DNA of 64,000 nt from an uncultured Actinomycetes bacterium. Its GTDB lineage: Bacteria > Actinomycetota > Humimicrobiia > Humimicrobiales > Humimicrobiaceae. Position numbers and translations under genes: made by a program. Of this stretch, positions 51,094 to 61,310 are shown in pieces (the first letter of the stretch is position 1; each line of letters opens with the position of its first letter). Location of the stretch: assembly GCA_963847665.1 (NCBI GenBank), contig CAWKAO010000003.1, positions 85,453-149,452 on the forward strand, in the 5' to 3' direction. The notes beneath the pieces were generated by a model. The model was not told the origin of the DNA. It did not search any database and saw only the letters and a program-made list of their open reading frames with translations.

Positions 51094-52689
51094 ATGACGG
51101 AAAATTTTAACCATCAATTAAATGACTCCAACAGCTTTGGTAATGATATCAAGTCCATCTTCATAAAAGACTATAAATTTATAATATTTGCTTTTATTTT
51201 CGCTATCACTACACACATATTACTATGGATAGCATACCCGCTTCACTGGGGCCCGGATGGTCCAAATTACATTTATTACTACCTGGATATTTTTAATAAA
51301 AATCCATTATTTCCGATGATTTTGACATACAGGACTCCTGTTGCGCCTCTTTTCTATGGGTTTTTATTGGAGCTCGGTGGAAGCATTGCTGTTTCAATGG
51401 TAATTGAGGTCCTATCGCTTCTTCTTATTCCTGCAGTTTATTTACTGTCACTATCATGGGGAAAATATTCTGCCAGGGTAGCGACTATACTTTTTATCGC
51501 ATTCCTGCCATATCAAATTCAGTTTCACCAGATCAGTTCAGATGCTCTCTTCTCATGGTTTGTACTGATTTTCTTTCTTTCGCTTAAATATGCTATCGCT
51601 CATAAAAATATCTATTCATGGTTGATATCGGGTATTATTGCATCTTTGACAATCCTTACCAGGCCTTCAGGCCTTGTAATAGTTATTATCCCTGTTGTCT
51701 TATTTTTCCTTAATCTAAAATTTAAAAAAATATTAAAACTTGCCGGAGTCTTCCTATTATGTATAATTGTTTTTCTTGGCTCATTTATTATTTTTAAGGG
51801 AGTAAGGTTAAACGACTATGGTCTGTCCAGAGGCTCAAATTATACCGCTTTTATGAGGATCTACACTCTTCAGGAATCTTTATGGAGCCCGGATAATGGG
51901 CCAGAATCAAAAAAACTTGTTTCAATAGTCGAGGAAAAACTTCTAACTACAGATCTTTATAAAAAATATGATATCGATATTAAAAAGGTTCTGGCACACC
52001 AACCAAACAGAAGAATACTTGGAGATATCATAGTCACAGTTGACCGGGTAGAAGGCTGGAACACTGAATATGAGCTTTTAAAAAAAGTCGCCTATGAGTC
52101 AATTAAGGCCAGCTCTTTTTCATTTCTTGAACATTATTTAAGGGATATATTATTGCTTATCACCATAAACCAAGATGTCCCGGAAGCCCCTGGAATAAAT
52201 GATACAAAAATATACCTGAACGATATAAATTCTTATACTGAAGAGGATCTTCCCAAACCAACAGAAGGAGAGTTAATTCCTTTTTCAAATACCTGGTGGA
52301 TGCTTTCCCGCCCAGATGGAAGTCTTCCCAGTACCTTGCAACTAAGTAATTTCAATGAAAGATATGAGGCTATTGTATCAGACATTGACAATCCAGGAGG
52401 TTCAGAAAAGCTTGTAAAGCTAGTAAACAGGTTATGGGATACGATTAATATACCTATCTCATATTTTTGGGTGTTTGGAATTTTTGCAATAATATTTTCT
52501 AAAAAGTTAAACAGGATTTTATTGATCACGATAATCATTTTTTCTCTGATAATAATTGTCGGCACATTGTATGCGGCACATGTATATACACGATACAGGC
52601 TACCACTTGACCCTTTATTGATGATAGCAGGTGTTGCAGGATTTTTTTCGATAATCGAAAGAATCCATCAAAAAAATCAAAATAATTAA
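51094..52689 (+). CDS. GT-C-fold glycosyltransferase (ArnT/PMT-like)
   Basis: 531 aa, multi-TM, first loop 'YPLHWGPDGPNYIYY'. ArnT-like architecture. Confidence 0.5.
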   Translation: MTENFNHQLNDSNSFGNDIKSIFIKDYKFIIFAFIFAITTHILLWIAYPLHWGPDGPNYIYYYLDIFNKNPLFPMILTYRTPVAPLFYGFLLELGGSIAVSMVIEVLSLLLIPAVYLLSLSWGKYSARVATILFIAFLPYQIQFHQISSDALFSWFVLIFFLSLKYAIAHKNIYSWLISGIIASLTILTRPSGLVIVIIPVVLFFLNLKFKKILKLAGVFLLCIIVFLGSFIIFKGVRLNDYGLSRGSNYTAFMRIYTLQESLWSPDNGPESKKLVSIVEEKLLTTDLYKKYDIDIKKVLAHQPNRRILGDIIVTVDRVEGWNTEYELLKKVAYESIKASSFSFLEHYLRDILLLITINQDVPEAPGINDTKIYLNDINSYTEEDLPKPTEGELIPFSNTWWMLSRPDGSLPSTLQLSNFNERYEAIVSDIDNPGGSEKLVKLVNRLWDTINIPISYFWVFGIFAIIFSKKLNRILLITIIIFSLIIIVGTLYAAHVYTRYRLPLDPLLMIAGVAGFFSIIERIHQKNQNN

Positions 52690-52703
52690 AAAGGCAGACC
52701 GCT

Positions 52704-53660
52704 ATGAAACTTTTTATACAGGTACCATGCTTTAATGAAGAAGCATTTATCAGAGATACGCTTGATGCTTTCCCTGAAAAAATTAATGGCATAGACACAA
52801 TAGAAATCCTTATAATCGATGATGGCAGTAGCGATAATACTATAGAAGTCGCAAAAAAATGGGGTATCGAGCATATTTTAAAACTTCCGGGACATTTGGG
52901 CCTTGCAAAGGCATATATTGCAGGTATAGAGTACTGCCTTAAAAATGGTGCTGACATTATAGTCAATACAGATGCTGATAACCAATATTATTCTGAGGAT
53001 ATAGAAACCCTTGTAAAGCCCATACTGGGGAGGGAGGCAGAATTAGTAATCGGGACAAGACCGATCGATGAAATAAAGACTTTTTCATTTACGAAAAAAC
53101 TGCTTCAGAAATTTGGAAGCTGGGTTGTTAGGGTTGTCTCAAATTCTGAAGTTAAAGATGTCACCAGCGGATTCAGGGCACTTACCAGAGATGCAGCAAG
53201 TAAAATAAACGTCTTTTCCAATTATACCTACACAGTCGAAACAATAATCCAGGCTGGCCTGAGCGGCATTACAACAATTTCCGTTCCGATCAGGGTCAAC
53301 AAACAGACCAGGCCTTCAAGACTGATCCGGAATATTCCTGAATATATTTTCAGGAATCTGTTCACTATACTTAGAATTTTTTTACTCTATAAACCCTTTC
53401 GGTTTTTTGCACTGATAAGCTTAATATTCGGCATTCCCGGTATTACACTCGGCATAAGATATTTATACATTCTCGTAAATGGTATCCCCGGGCAACATAT
53501 TCAATCCCTTATACTTTCAGCTATACTTATAATCGCTGGAGTCTTATTTTTTATCCTTGGGTTGCTGGGAGACCTTATATCAGTTAACAAGAAACTTTTG
53601 ATCGATATAAAAGCATCTTTAAGATTATCAAAATTCGATGGAGATAAAAACAATAATTGA
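52704..53660 (+). CDS. Polyprenyl-phosphate sugar synthase, GT2 (GtrB-like) with C-terminal TM pair
   Basis: 'KLFIQVPCFNEEAFI...LIIDDGSSDNT...VNTDADNQYYSEDI' followed by two C-terminal TM helices. Immediately upstream of GT-C paralog 2. Confidence 0.8.
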   Translation: MKLFIQVPCFNEEAFIRDTLDAFPEKINGIDTIEILIIDDGSSDNTIEVAKKWGIEHILKLPGHLGLAKAYIAGIEYCLKNGADIIVNTDADNQYYSEDIETLVKPILGREAELVIGTRPIDEIKTFSFTKKLLQKFGSWVVRVVSNSEVKDVTSGFRALTRDAASKINVFSNYTYTVETIIQAGLSGITTISVPIRVNKQTRPSRLIRNIPEYIFRNLFTILRIFLLYKPFRFFALISLIFGIPGITLGIRYLYILVNGIPGQHIQSLILSAILIIAGVLFFILGLLGDLISVNKKLLIDIKASLRLSKFDGDKNNN

Positions 53661-53718
53661 TTTTTAACATATGATTGTTATATATAAAAATAAATATTTT
53701 TATTAAAAAACTTTTTAT

Positions 53719-55341
53719 ATGCTAGAAAGAATAAAAAAAATAGCTGAAAATAATTACAGGGTCATTGTAATTATTTTTTTTATAGCTTTTCTTATAATCG
53801 GCCTGATTTCTGTCGGCGATTATGGATTTTCCACAGATGAAGGACTGCAGTATGATCTTGGGAACTCTGCTGTAAAATTGTTATTAAATAATGATAGGGT
53901 CATTTATGAATTAAATAACAGGTATCATGGCACGGCTTTTACACTCATCATGACCATAATACAGAGAAATTTTGATATCAGTGACACAAGGACTATTTTT
54001 TTATTAAGACATTATTTTACTTTTTTACTTTTCTTTACCTCAGTTATACTTTTCTATTTTCTCTGCAGGAACATTTTTAAATCATGGAAAATCGGATTAC
54101 TTGGCAGCATCTTCCTGGTCCTTTCTCCAAGAATATTTGTAGACGCTTTCTATAATCCAAAAGATCTTCCTTTTTTATCTATGTTTGTTATTTCTATCTT
54201 TACACTCAATAGGTTCCTTGAAAAAGGTGGGCTAGGGCTGGCATTTTTTCATGGGATAGCTTCAGGTTTTGCCTGTAGCATGAGAATTGTCGGTGTATTG
54301 GTTCCCTTTTTCACAATATTATTTCTTATTTTTGAACTGGTCCTTAAAAAAAAGGACAGCCAAAATACTAAAGACATGCAGATCAAAAAAAGGATACAGC
54401 ATCTGCTGATATACTTACTTATTACGATAATTGTCTTTCTCGTACTTATGCCTTCTATCGTTACAGATCCTATAAAACATTTCTTTGCCGCCATCAAGCA
54501 TATGTCAGATTTTCCCCATAACACTACATTTTTATATATGGGACAGGTTTTAACCACCGGAAATGGCCTGCCCTGGCATTATTTGCCTGTAAATATATTA
54601 ATAATGACTCCTATTCCCTATACCATTTTATTTTTTATAGGGATCGTATTTTTATTCGTCCAGGTAAAAAGAAAAAACGGGATTTATTATAATGCGAACA
54701 AATATATTATTATTGCTGTCTTATGGTTCTTAATGCCTGTACTTTCTGCAATTTTTTTAAGCTCCAATATGTACAACGGATGGCGCCAGATGTATTTTGT
54801 TTATCCGGCATTTTTAATAATAGGGTTAAATGGTGTTAAAAAAATATATGGGATTTTTGAGAAAAAATTAAAGCCGGGATACTATAATATTATTTCAATA
54901 ATGATTACTGGTCTATTATTAATTAATATAGTATTTTTTACACAGATAATAGTAAGATTGCACCCATATGAATATGTCTATCACAATATGCTTGCAGGAA
55001 AAGACCTGAAAGAAGTCAAAGAAAACTTCATACTTGATTACTGGGCTTTATCCTATAAAGACGGTTTTGAATATATTTTAAGAACTGATAATAGAGATAA
55101 AATAACTTTTACAGTAAGATGTGCTCCAAAGGAATCGCTAATATCTCTTTTCCCGGAGCAGGATAGAAATAGGTTGAAATACGTTACTAACATCCAGGAT
55201 GCAGATTATTTTTTGAATAATTATCAGTGCGGTGATCTGATCCTTGAATCACAGGGAGTCGAGCAGTCAGACTTGAAGAATAAGGTATACTCTACATATT
55301 TAAATGGTGTAGAATTACTGGTAGTCTATAAGTTAAAATAA
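53719..55341 (+). CDS. GT-C-fold membrane glycosyltransferase (GtrC-type), paralog 2 of 4
   Basis: 540 aa. 'DYGFSTDEGLQYDLGN', 'FYNPKDLPFLSMF' and 'LPWHYLPVNILIMTP' are colinear with 43662-45311. Confidence 0.65.
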   Translation: MLERIKKIAENNYRVIVIIFFIAFLIIGLISVGDYGFSTDEGLQYDLGNSAVKLLLNNDRVIYELNNRYHGTAFTLIMTIIQRNFDISDTRTIFLLRHYFTFLLFFTSVILFYFLCRNIFKSWKIGLLGSIFLVLSPRIFVDAFYNPKDLPFLSMFVISIFTLNRFLEKGGLGLAFFHGIASGFACSMRIVGVLVPFFTILFLIFELVLKKKDSQNTKDMQIKKRIQHLLIYLLITIIVFLVLMPSIVTDPIKHFFAAIKHMSDFPHNTTFLYMGQVLTTGNGLPWHYLPVNILIMTPIPYTILFFIGIVFLFVQVKRKNGIYYNANKYIIIAVLWFLMPVLSAIFLSSNMYNGWRQMYFVYPAFLIIGLNGVKKIYGIFEKKLKPGYYNIISIMITGLLLINIVFFTQIIVRLHPYEYVYHNMLAGKDLKEVKENFILDYWALSYKDGFEYILRTDNRDKITFTVRCAPKESLISLFPEQDRNRLKYVTNIQDADYFLNNYQCGDLILESQGVEQSDLKNKVYSTYLNGVELLVVYKLK

Positions 55342-55364
55342 AACAAGAGGGATAAACGTTTAAT

Positions 55365-57488
55365 ATGAAAAATAAGAAATTGAAAGTATTGCTCATAATC
55401 CTGACATCAATAATAATTTTTGCAGGTTTTTTACTTCTTGTCCTCCCTTTTTTAAAATTATCTATCAAAGGTACTGAGTTTAGTGGCATTATGTTGATTT
55501 TATCAGGCAGCATAATAATGCTGGGGCTTGAAAGATTGGAAAACTTAACAGGTAGATTTTTTAAAAAGCTTTTTTCTGCAATTAAAGATGAGGGAAGACC
55601 CCATCTTATTTTTTTGCTGATCATATTTATATCCGGAATCATTTTCAGGATTATTTTTATTACAAAACAGATCAATTACAGTGAAGCATTTATTTACCTT
55701 GATTATCTGAGAGAGAGGACTTTTAATGACCTTTTCTTCTACTCATCCGCAGATAATTTTATTCTTAATAATCTCTTTATGAAGCCATTGTCTTTAATAT
55801 CCAGTGATCTATGGGTCTTAAGGTTGCCTTCATTAATAGCAGGTATGATTATAATCCCCGCATCTTATGTCACAACAAGGATCTTATATAATAAGCATGC
55901 AGCACTGATCGCTTCAGCAATCATATCCTCCTCTTCATACTTCATTTATTATTCTACCGATATGAGAGGCGTCTCTCTTCTTCTACTTGTTTTTCTATTT
56001 ACCGTAATGACTGCTACGTTTTTAAGAAAAAACGATGAGATGATCGCATGGGTCTTTATATCATTGCTATCAGCTTTAGGATTCTATCTAACCGCTTTTT
56101 ATTTTTTACCTTTTATGACAGTTATGATTTGGCTTATTCTTTCTGCAATTTTTAAGGACACTGCATATAGTCTGTGGAATGCAATAAAACGTGTTCTTTT
56201 AGTTGCAGCTGTGTCTTTTATGTTTACTTTTCTTTTTTATATTCCAGTTATCATAACTTCAGGAATAAGAGATACGGTAAACTTTAATTTTTCAAAAGCT
56301 GAAAATTTAAAATTAGCGCTTAAATCCTTAATAGACCTGATCAGGCCAGAATGGATTGGCTTAAATGCAATTATTAACTTGATTTTTATAATTCTGTTAT
56401 TTATTGCAGTTATCTTTTCAGTAACTATAAGCAGAAAAAATAAAAAGCATAAGATTTCCTTATTTTATGCTGTCGCAATAGTAATTACTATATTTATGCT
56501 TTCTTTAGTAAAATTTTCTTCTGCAGTTTCAATGGCTTTTATTCCACTATCCTTGATCATTATTGCATCATATGGAATAAGCTACATCCTGGGAACTGAC
56601 AGAATATTAAATGGAACAGCAATAAACAGAAAGTTATCCCGGTCAGCAGCTATTTTCGCAACAGTGTCTTTGATTGCAATATTTTCTGTGGGGCTTATTT
56701 TTAATTCTATTTCACTTATAAATGTGACTGACACTTTAAAGGATTCTGACAGGATTGTATCAGATTACGGCAGTAAATTTACAACTGGAAATAAAGTGAT
56801 CCTTCAAAAACCAGCTGATTATCTGATGATGTACTCACTTAAAACCCAGGGAATTAACTATACAGGATATGAAGATGTCTTATACCCTGATAATAATATT
56901 ATTATTTTAGTAAGCAAATCAGCCGGGCAAAATGTTGATGAAATATTAAATAACTTCTACTCGACACACGACCTTCTATCTCTAGGTTTTACAGATCCTG
57001 AAATCTTAAAAGATTATCCTACCGCAACAATTTACGAATCCAGAAATAGGGTTGTGGCAGATAATATTATTTTTGATCTGACCGATCCTTCAAATGAAAA
57101 TAATATTGAAATGGAAAAATTCATATTCTCCTCTGAACCTGAGATTGACGAGTTTCTTTTAGATGATTTTAATCCGGAATCTCTAAAATATGTAAAAATA
57201 TCTGTCAGCCTTCAAAAAGATACAGAATACCTAATAAGATTTAAGATCAAAGCAGACCAACTGACCAATAAGATATTTATTGATTTTTTCGGAGACAATT
57301 ATGACAATCCTGATCAGGAATTTAATATTGACCCTGAAACAATCAAACAGGGCTCCTTTGTAGAGGTCAGAAAGGTCATTAATTCAGGTGAATTTAAAGA
57401 TGGGATAGATACATTTTTCAGGATTTTCACATATGCTAACGGGCACCTACAGATACAGGATCTCAAGATCTATAAGGTTGATGATTAA
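55365..57488 (+). CDS. GT-C-like polytopic membrane protein with the same conserved C-terminal domain (type A) as 48853-50859
   Basis: 707 aa. ~13 TM segments, then a soluble region ending 'EYLIRFKIKADQLTNKIFIDFFGDNYDNPDQEFNI...VINSGEFKDGIDTFFRIFT...IQDLKIYKV'. Confidence 0.5.
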   Translation: MKNKKLKVLLIILTSIIIFAGFLLLVLPFLKLSIKGTEFSGIMLILSGSIIMLGLERLENLTGRFFKKLFSAIKDEGRPHLIFLLIIFISGIIFRIIFITKQINYSEAFIYLDYLRERTFNDLFFYSSADNFILNNLFMKPLSLISSDLWVLRLPSLIAGMIIIPASYVTTRILYNKHAALIASAIISSSSYFIYYSTDMRGVSLLLLVFLFTVMTATFLRKNDEMIAWVFISLLSALGFYLTAFYFLPFMTVMIWLILSAIFKDTAYSLWNAIKRVLLVAAVSFMFTFLFYIPVIITSGIRDTVNFNFSKAENLKLALKSLIDLIRPEWIGLNAIINLIFIILLFIAVIFSVTISRKNKKHKISLFYAVAIVITIFMLSLVKFSSAVSMAFIPLSLIIIASYGISYILGTDRILNGTAINRKLSRSAAIFATVSLIAIFSVGLIFNSISLINVTDTLKDSDRIVSDYGSKFTTGNKVILQKPADYLMMYSLKTQGINYTGYEDVLYPDNNIIILVSKSAGQNVDEILNNFYSTHDLLSLGFTDPEILKDYPTATIYESRNRVVADNIIFDLTDPSNENNIEMEKFIFSSEPEIDEFLLDDFNPESLKYVKISVSLQKDTEYLIRFKIKADQLTNKIFIDFFGDNYDNPDQEFNIDPETIKQGSFVEVRKVINSGEFKDGIDTFFRIFTYANGHLQIQDLKIYKVDD

Positions 57489-57567
57489 TTTAACAGGATA
57501 TTTTTACATATCATTTAGATGGAAAAAAATATATAATATCGACAGTTAAAAACAGCAAAAAGGTTTT

Positions 57568-59235
57568 ATGGAATTAAAAAGCGGATATATAGATTTTATT
57601 CAAAGATATGTTCCTAAAGTACTGACTCATTTAGATAGAGACCCTGATTCAATAAATTTCGGGTGTTGCGACAGAAATTACTGGCATCTCAGATCAAGTG
57701 ACTTTGCTTCTGCTATTCTTCAGCAAACCAGTCTCACGCTTTCACTGTTATACAGCACTGATTTTGAAGGAAACAGGTATTACAAAAATCGTAATATATA
57801 TGATTGGGCGATCGGTTCGATCGATTATTGGAAAAGAATTCAGCACCGTGATGGTTCTTTCAATGAGTATTTCCCAAATGAACATGGGTTTCCGCCCACT
57901 GCTTTTTCCTTATTTGCTATTGCCTATTCTTATATGCTTTTAAAACTTAATGACAATTCAGTAATAGATTCAATGCTTAAATCTGTAAAATGGCTTTCCC
58001 AAAGGGAAGAGTTTAAAGCATACAATCATGAAATAGCCTCAATAAGTGCCTTATACTGTACTTATCTGATAACAGACCAGAAGTGGATTCTAGAAGTTGT
58101 GAATAAAAAATTAGATGTTTTTCTAAGAGGCCAGTCTGGGGAAGGGTGGTTTCCAGAGCAAGGGGGCGCCGACCTCGGTTACCTGACAGTCACTTTTGAT
58201 ATGTTTTCTGAGTATTACTGGCTCAGCAGGGACAGTAAAGTTATTGAACCATTAAATAAAGTTACAGATTTTATTAAATATTTCTGTCACCCTGATAAAA
58301 CATATGGAGGTGAATACGGTTCAAGGAATACCATATATTTTTTACCCAGCAGTCTTGAAGTCTTATCCAGTATCGGAAATTTCAATGCTAAACAGATAAA
58401 AGATTTTTTATTTAAGAATACGGGTGGTTATGATTATTTCCAGAACTCTATCGACGACAGATACCTGCTTCATTATGTGATGCACTCTTTTTTAAGGGCT
58501 CTTCAAAAAGAAAATGAATTAAAAAAGGGAAACGGGACCAGTGATAAGAATAATTACCAGGAAAATCTACAATACAATTTCCATAAAGAGTTGCCCTGCT
58601 TTAAAAACCATGAAAAATATTTTTCAGATAGCGGCTTGCTAACCTTGAAAAATGACAATTATTTTGCGGTGGTCAGTGCAAAGAAAGGTGGGGTAATCAA
58701 AGTATTTGATTCTGGTAACGAGATATTTGCCGATTTTGGATTCAGGGCGATCCATAAAAATAATACGATTTCTGCAACTAACTGGCTTGATGATTCATAT
58801 AAGATAAAAATTGAAAAAAATACTATAACAGTCAAAGGTTATTTCAATAAAATAAAACTCCAGCATTCGTCCACTCTAAGGCATTTTCTACTACGGATTT
58901 TTTCCCCTTTTTTAAATAGTATTTTAAGGGAGTTTTTATATAAGAAACTAATATTCATAGACAAACATTCAAATATCAAATTCGAAAGAACTATAAACCT
59001 AAGACATAGTAATATTCAAATAACAGATATTATCACTGATAATAATGAAATGCTACCCCTTCATTCAGCACCAAATATTTCATTAAGATTTGTTGCTTCA
59101 GATAAATTTTTCAGCAAGACTGACCTTCTGAGTGAAAAAAGGATCGAACTGGATGGAGTAAAAGCCATAAAAATTATTCAGGATTTTAACGTTTTCTCGA
59201 AAAATACAAGTACCCTGGTTGAGAAGTTATCATGA
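57568..59235 (+). CDS. Hypothetical soluble protein (555 aa), possibly a polysaccharide-modifying enzyme
   Basis: No TM segment or signal peptide. W/Y/H-rich N-terminal half ('NYWHLRSSDFASAIL', 'DYWKRIQHRDGSFNEYFPNEHGF') weakly resembles alpha/alpha-toroid lyase/epimerase folds. No firm family assignment. Confidence 0.35.
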   Translation: MELKSGYIDFIQRYVPKVLTHLDRDPDSINFGCCDRNYWHLRSSDFASAILQQTSLTLSLLYSTDFEGNRYYKNRNIYDWAIGSIDYWKRIQHRDGSFNEYFPNEHGFPPTAFSLFAIAYSYMLLKLNDNSVIDSMLKSVKWLSQREEFKAYNHEIASISALYCTYLITDQKWILEVVNKKLDVFLRGQSGEGWFPEQGGADLGYLTVTFDMFSEYYWLSRDSKVIEPLNKVTDFIKYFCHPDKTYGGEYGSRNTIYFLPSSLEVLSSIGNFNAKQIKDFLFKNTGGYDYFQNSIDDRYLLHYVMHSFLRALQKENELKKGNGTSDKNNYQENLQYNFHKELPCFKNHEKYFSDSGLLTLKNDNYFAVVSAKKGGVIKVFDSGNEIFADFGFRAIHKNNTISATNWLDDSYKIKIEKNTITVKGYFNKIKLQHSSTLRHFLLRIFSPFLNSILREFLYKKLIFIDKHSNIKFERTINLRHSNIQITDIITDNNEMLPLHSAPNISLRFVASDKFFSKTDLLSEKRIELDGVKAIKIIQDFNVFSKNTSTLVEKLS

Positions 59236-60182
59236 CCGATTATTCCATAATAATACCATGTTATAATGAGCAGGATAGCATAGAAGAGCTATATGATAGG
59301 CTATTAACTATCTTTAAAAGTTTAGGTGCCTCTTCTGAGATAATTTTTATCGATGACGGCTCAATAGATGATACATGGGAGAAAATAATTGGTTTAAGCA
59401 AAAAGGACCCTGGAGTCAAGGGCGTCTCCTTCAGGCGGAATTTCGGAAAATCCATGGCATTTTCATGTGGCTTTGACCTTGCAATTGGTGAAGTGATATT
59501 TACTATTGATGGTGATCTGCAGGACACCCCGGAAGAGATCCCAAAATTCATTGAAAAATTGAATGAGGGGTATGACCTTGTTTCAGGCTGGAAAAGAAAA
59601 AGAAAAGATACTTTTGCCAAGGTAGCTGCTTCAAGGATATTTAATTTTTTTACATCTCGGTTGACTGGTGTTAGGATACATGACTTTAATTGCGGTTTTA
59701 AAGCCTATAGAAAAAAGGTCATAAAAAATCTTGATATTTATGGTGATCTTTTCCGTTTTATTCCTGCAATTGTGAAATGGAACGGGTTTAAGGTAGGGGA
59801 AATAGTAGTAGAGCATAATGTAAGGAAATATAGCAAATCAAAATATGGTCCGAGGCGATTATTGAGGGGGTTTTTTGACTTATTTACAATTCTATTTCTA
59901 TCAAGATACTTAAGAAAACCACTGCATTTTTTTGGAGTTGTCGGGGGGGCAATATTATTGATAGGCTTTGGGATAAACCTGTATCTCGCGATTATATGGT
60001 TTCAGGGGCAGCTGATAGGAGGCAGGCCTTTACTTATTTTAGGGACCTTGCTAATGATCATAGGAATTCAATTTACAATGACAGGTTTGCTGGCAGAAAT
60101 GATAGCACATTTCCAGACTAAAATGGACAGGTCAATATATCCTATCGCAGAAAAAACTGACAATATTGACAGGTTTAAATAA
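59232..60182 (+). CDS. Polyprenyl-phosphate sugar synthase, GT2 (GtrB/ArnC-like) with C-terminal TM pair
   Basis: 'YSIIIPCYNEQDSI...IIFIDDGSIDDT...FTIDGDLQDTPEEI' plus two C-terminal TM helices. 4-nt overlap with the upstream gene. Confidence 0.8.
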   Translation: MTDYSIIIPCYNEQDSIEELYDRLLTIFKSLGASSEIIFIDDGSIDDTWEKIIGLSKKDPGVKGVSFRRNFGKSMAFSCGFDLAIGEVIFTIDGDLQDTPEEIPKFIEKLNEGYDLVSGWKRKRKDTFAKVAASRIFNFFTSRLTGVRIHDFNCGFKAYRKKVIKNLDIYGDLFRFIPAIVKWNGFKVGEIVVEHNVRKYSKSKYGPRRLLRGFFDLFTILFLSRYLRKPLHFFGVVGGAILLIGFGINLYLAIIWFQGQLIGGRPLLILGTLLMIIGIQFTMTGLLAEMIAHFQTKMDRSIYPIAEKTDNIDRFK

Positions 60183-60233
60183 AAATTTATATTCAGATTT
60201 AAATAATATTAGATAAAATCCTCAACTTAAAAT

Positions 60234-61274
60234 ATGAGTAGCATAGCTTCCAAAATTTCGGGGAAAAAAACCCTGATAATTAGATTAACTGCCAGCCTGA
60301 TTATAACTGGCAGTTTTATTTATTTTCTCGTTAAATACCTTGATATAAATGATTTCAAACAGCTTTTTAGCAACATTAATATTTATTTTTTCCTGATGGC
60401 CCTTCTACTTCATTCTTTCGATTATGCTATCAGGAGTTTCAGGACAATACTTATACTGGACCTTAAAATGAAAAGCTTCAGTAATATGTTCTTTATGTAT
60501 TCAAGATATTACCTGCTTAACAAGATCCTGCCTTTCAGGCTTGGGGAGCTTTCCTTTATTTATTTTCTAAAGAATGAATACAATACTTCATATGGCAAAG
60601 CAGTGGGGATACTTATTTATTTTCGTATCATAGACCTTCTGACTGTGCCTATTTTCTTTATAGCGGCATACTTGTTTAACTACTCAACCTTCCAGAGTGC
60701 AAACAATTCTGCAATCCTCGTAATATCTTTTATTTCTTTAATACTGATTTTCTTAATCTTTATCTTTTTTAAGAGAATTTTAGATAAGTTGTATTATTTC
60801 TTTTTTTGGCTTTCAAAAAAGTTCAATTTTTTCCAAAAAAAATTATATTTAAACCTACTTAAAAAACTTGAAAATTTTACCATTGAGACCAAAGCATTTA
60901 TTAACTGGAAGACAAATTTAAACACTGCATTATTACTTCTCTTTGACAGGTTTTTGGTTTACCTTATTATGTTCCTGCTATTTATTGGTTTTGGTATAAA
61001 GATCAATTTTGGGATTTTTATCATAGCCTCAAGCCTATCTATCCTCACCAATGTTCTTCCGATCAATGGAGTCGGCAATTTCGGGACATTTGAGGCCGGT
61101 TGGACATTTGGATTTATACTGGCCGGGTATAACAGGAACCTATCACTTGTTTCAGGCTTTGGCATTAATATAATTTATTTTATTTTTACTGTTGTCGTAC
61201 TTATAATAGGTTTCTTTATTTCAGACTACAGAGCCAAATTTTTCAGGACCGTCAGATCAAAAATAAAAAGATAA
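60234..61274 (+). CDS. Flippase-like membrane protein (lysyl-PG synthase TM-region / UPF0104 family)
   Basis: 346 aa, ~8 TM segments. 'ILPFRLGELSFIYFLK' matches the conserved P-x-R-x-G-E loop of this family. Directly downstream of a GtrB-like gene. Confidence 0.6.
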   Translation: MSSIASKISGKKTLIIRLTASLIITGSFIYFLVKYLDINDFKQLFSNINIYFFLMALLLHSFDYAIRSFRTILILDLKMKSFSNMFFMYSRYYLLNKILPFRLGELSFIYFLKNEYNTSYGKAVGILIYFRIIDLLTVPIFFIAAYLFNYSTFQSANNSAILVISFISLILIFLIFIFFKRILDKLYYFFFWLSKKFNFFQKKLYLNLLKKLENFTIETKAFINWKTNLNTALLLLFDRFLVYLIMFLLFIGFGIKINFGIFIIASSLSILTNVLPINGVGNFGTFEAGWTFGFILAGYNRNLSLVSGFGINIIYFIFTVVVLIIGFFISDYRAKFFRTVRSKIKR

Positions 61275-61310
61275 CGTGGGCCTTTTCATAATGAAAAAAA
61301 TAGCAACTTT

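Noticed and set aside
58141-58190. Local GC-rich patch ('ggggaagggtggtttccagagcaagggggcgccgacctcgg')
   Set aside because: It lies in-frame inside the 57568-59235 ORF and encodes 'GEGWFPEQGGADLGY'. It is too short to indicate horizontal transfer or an RNA gene.
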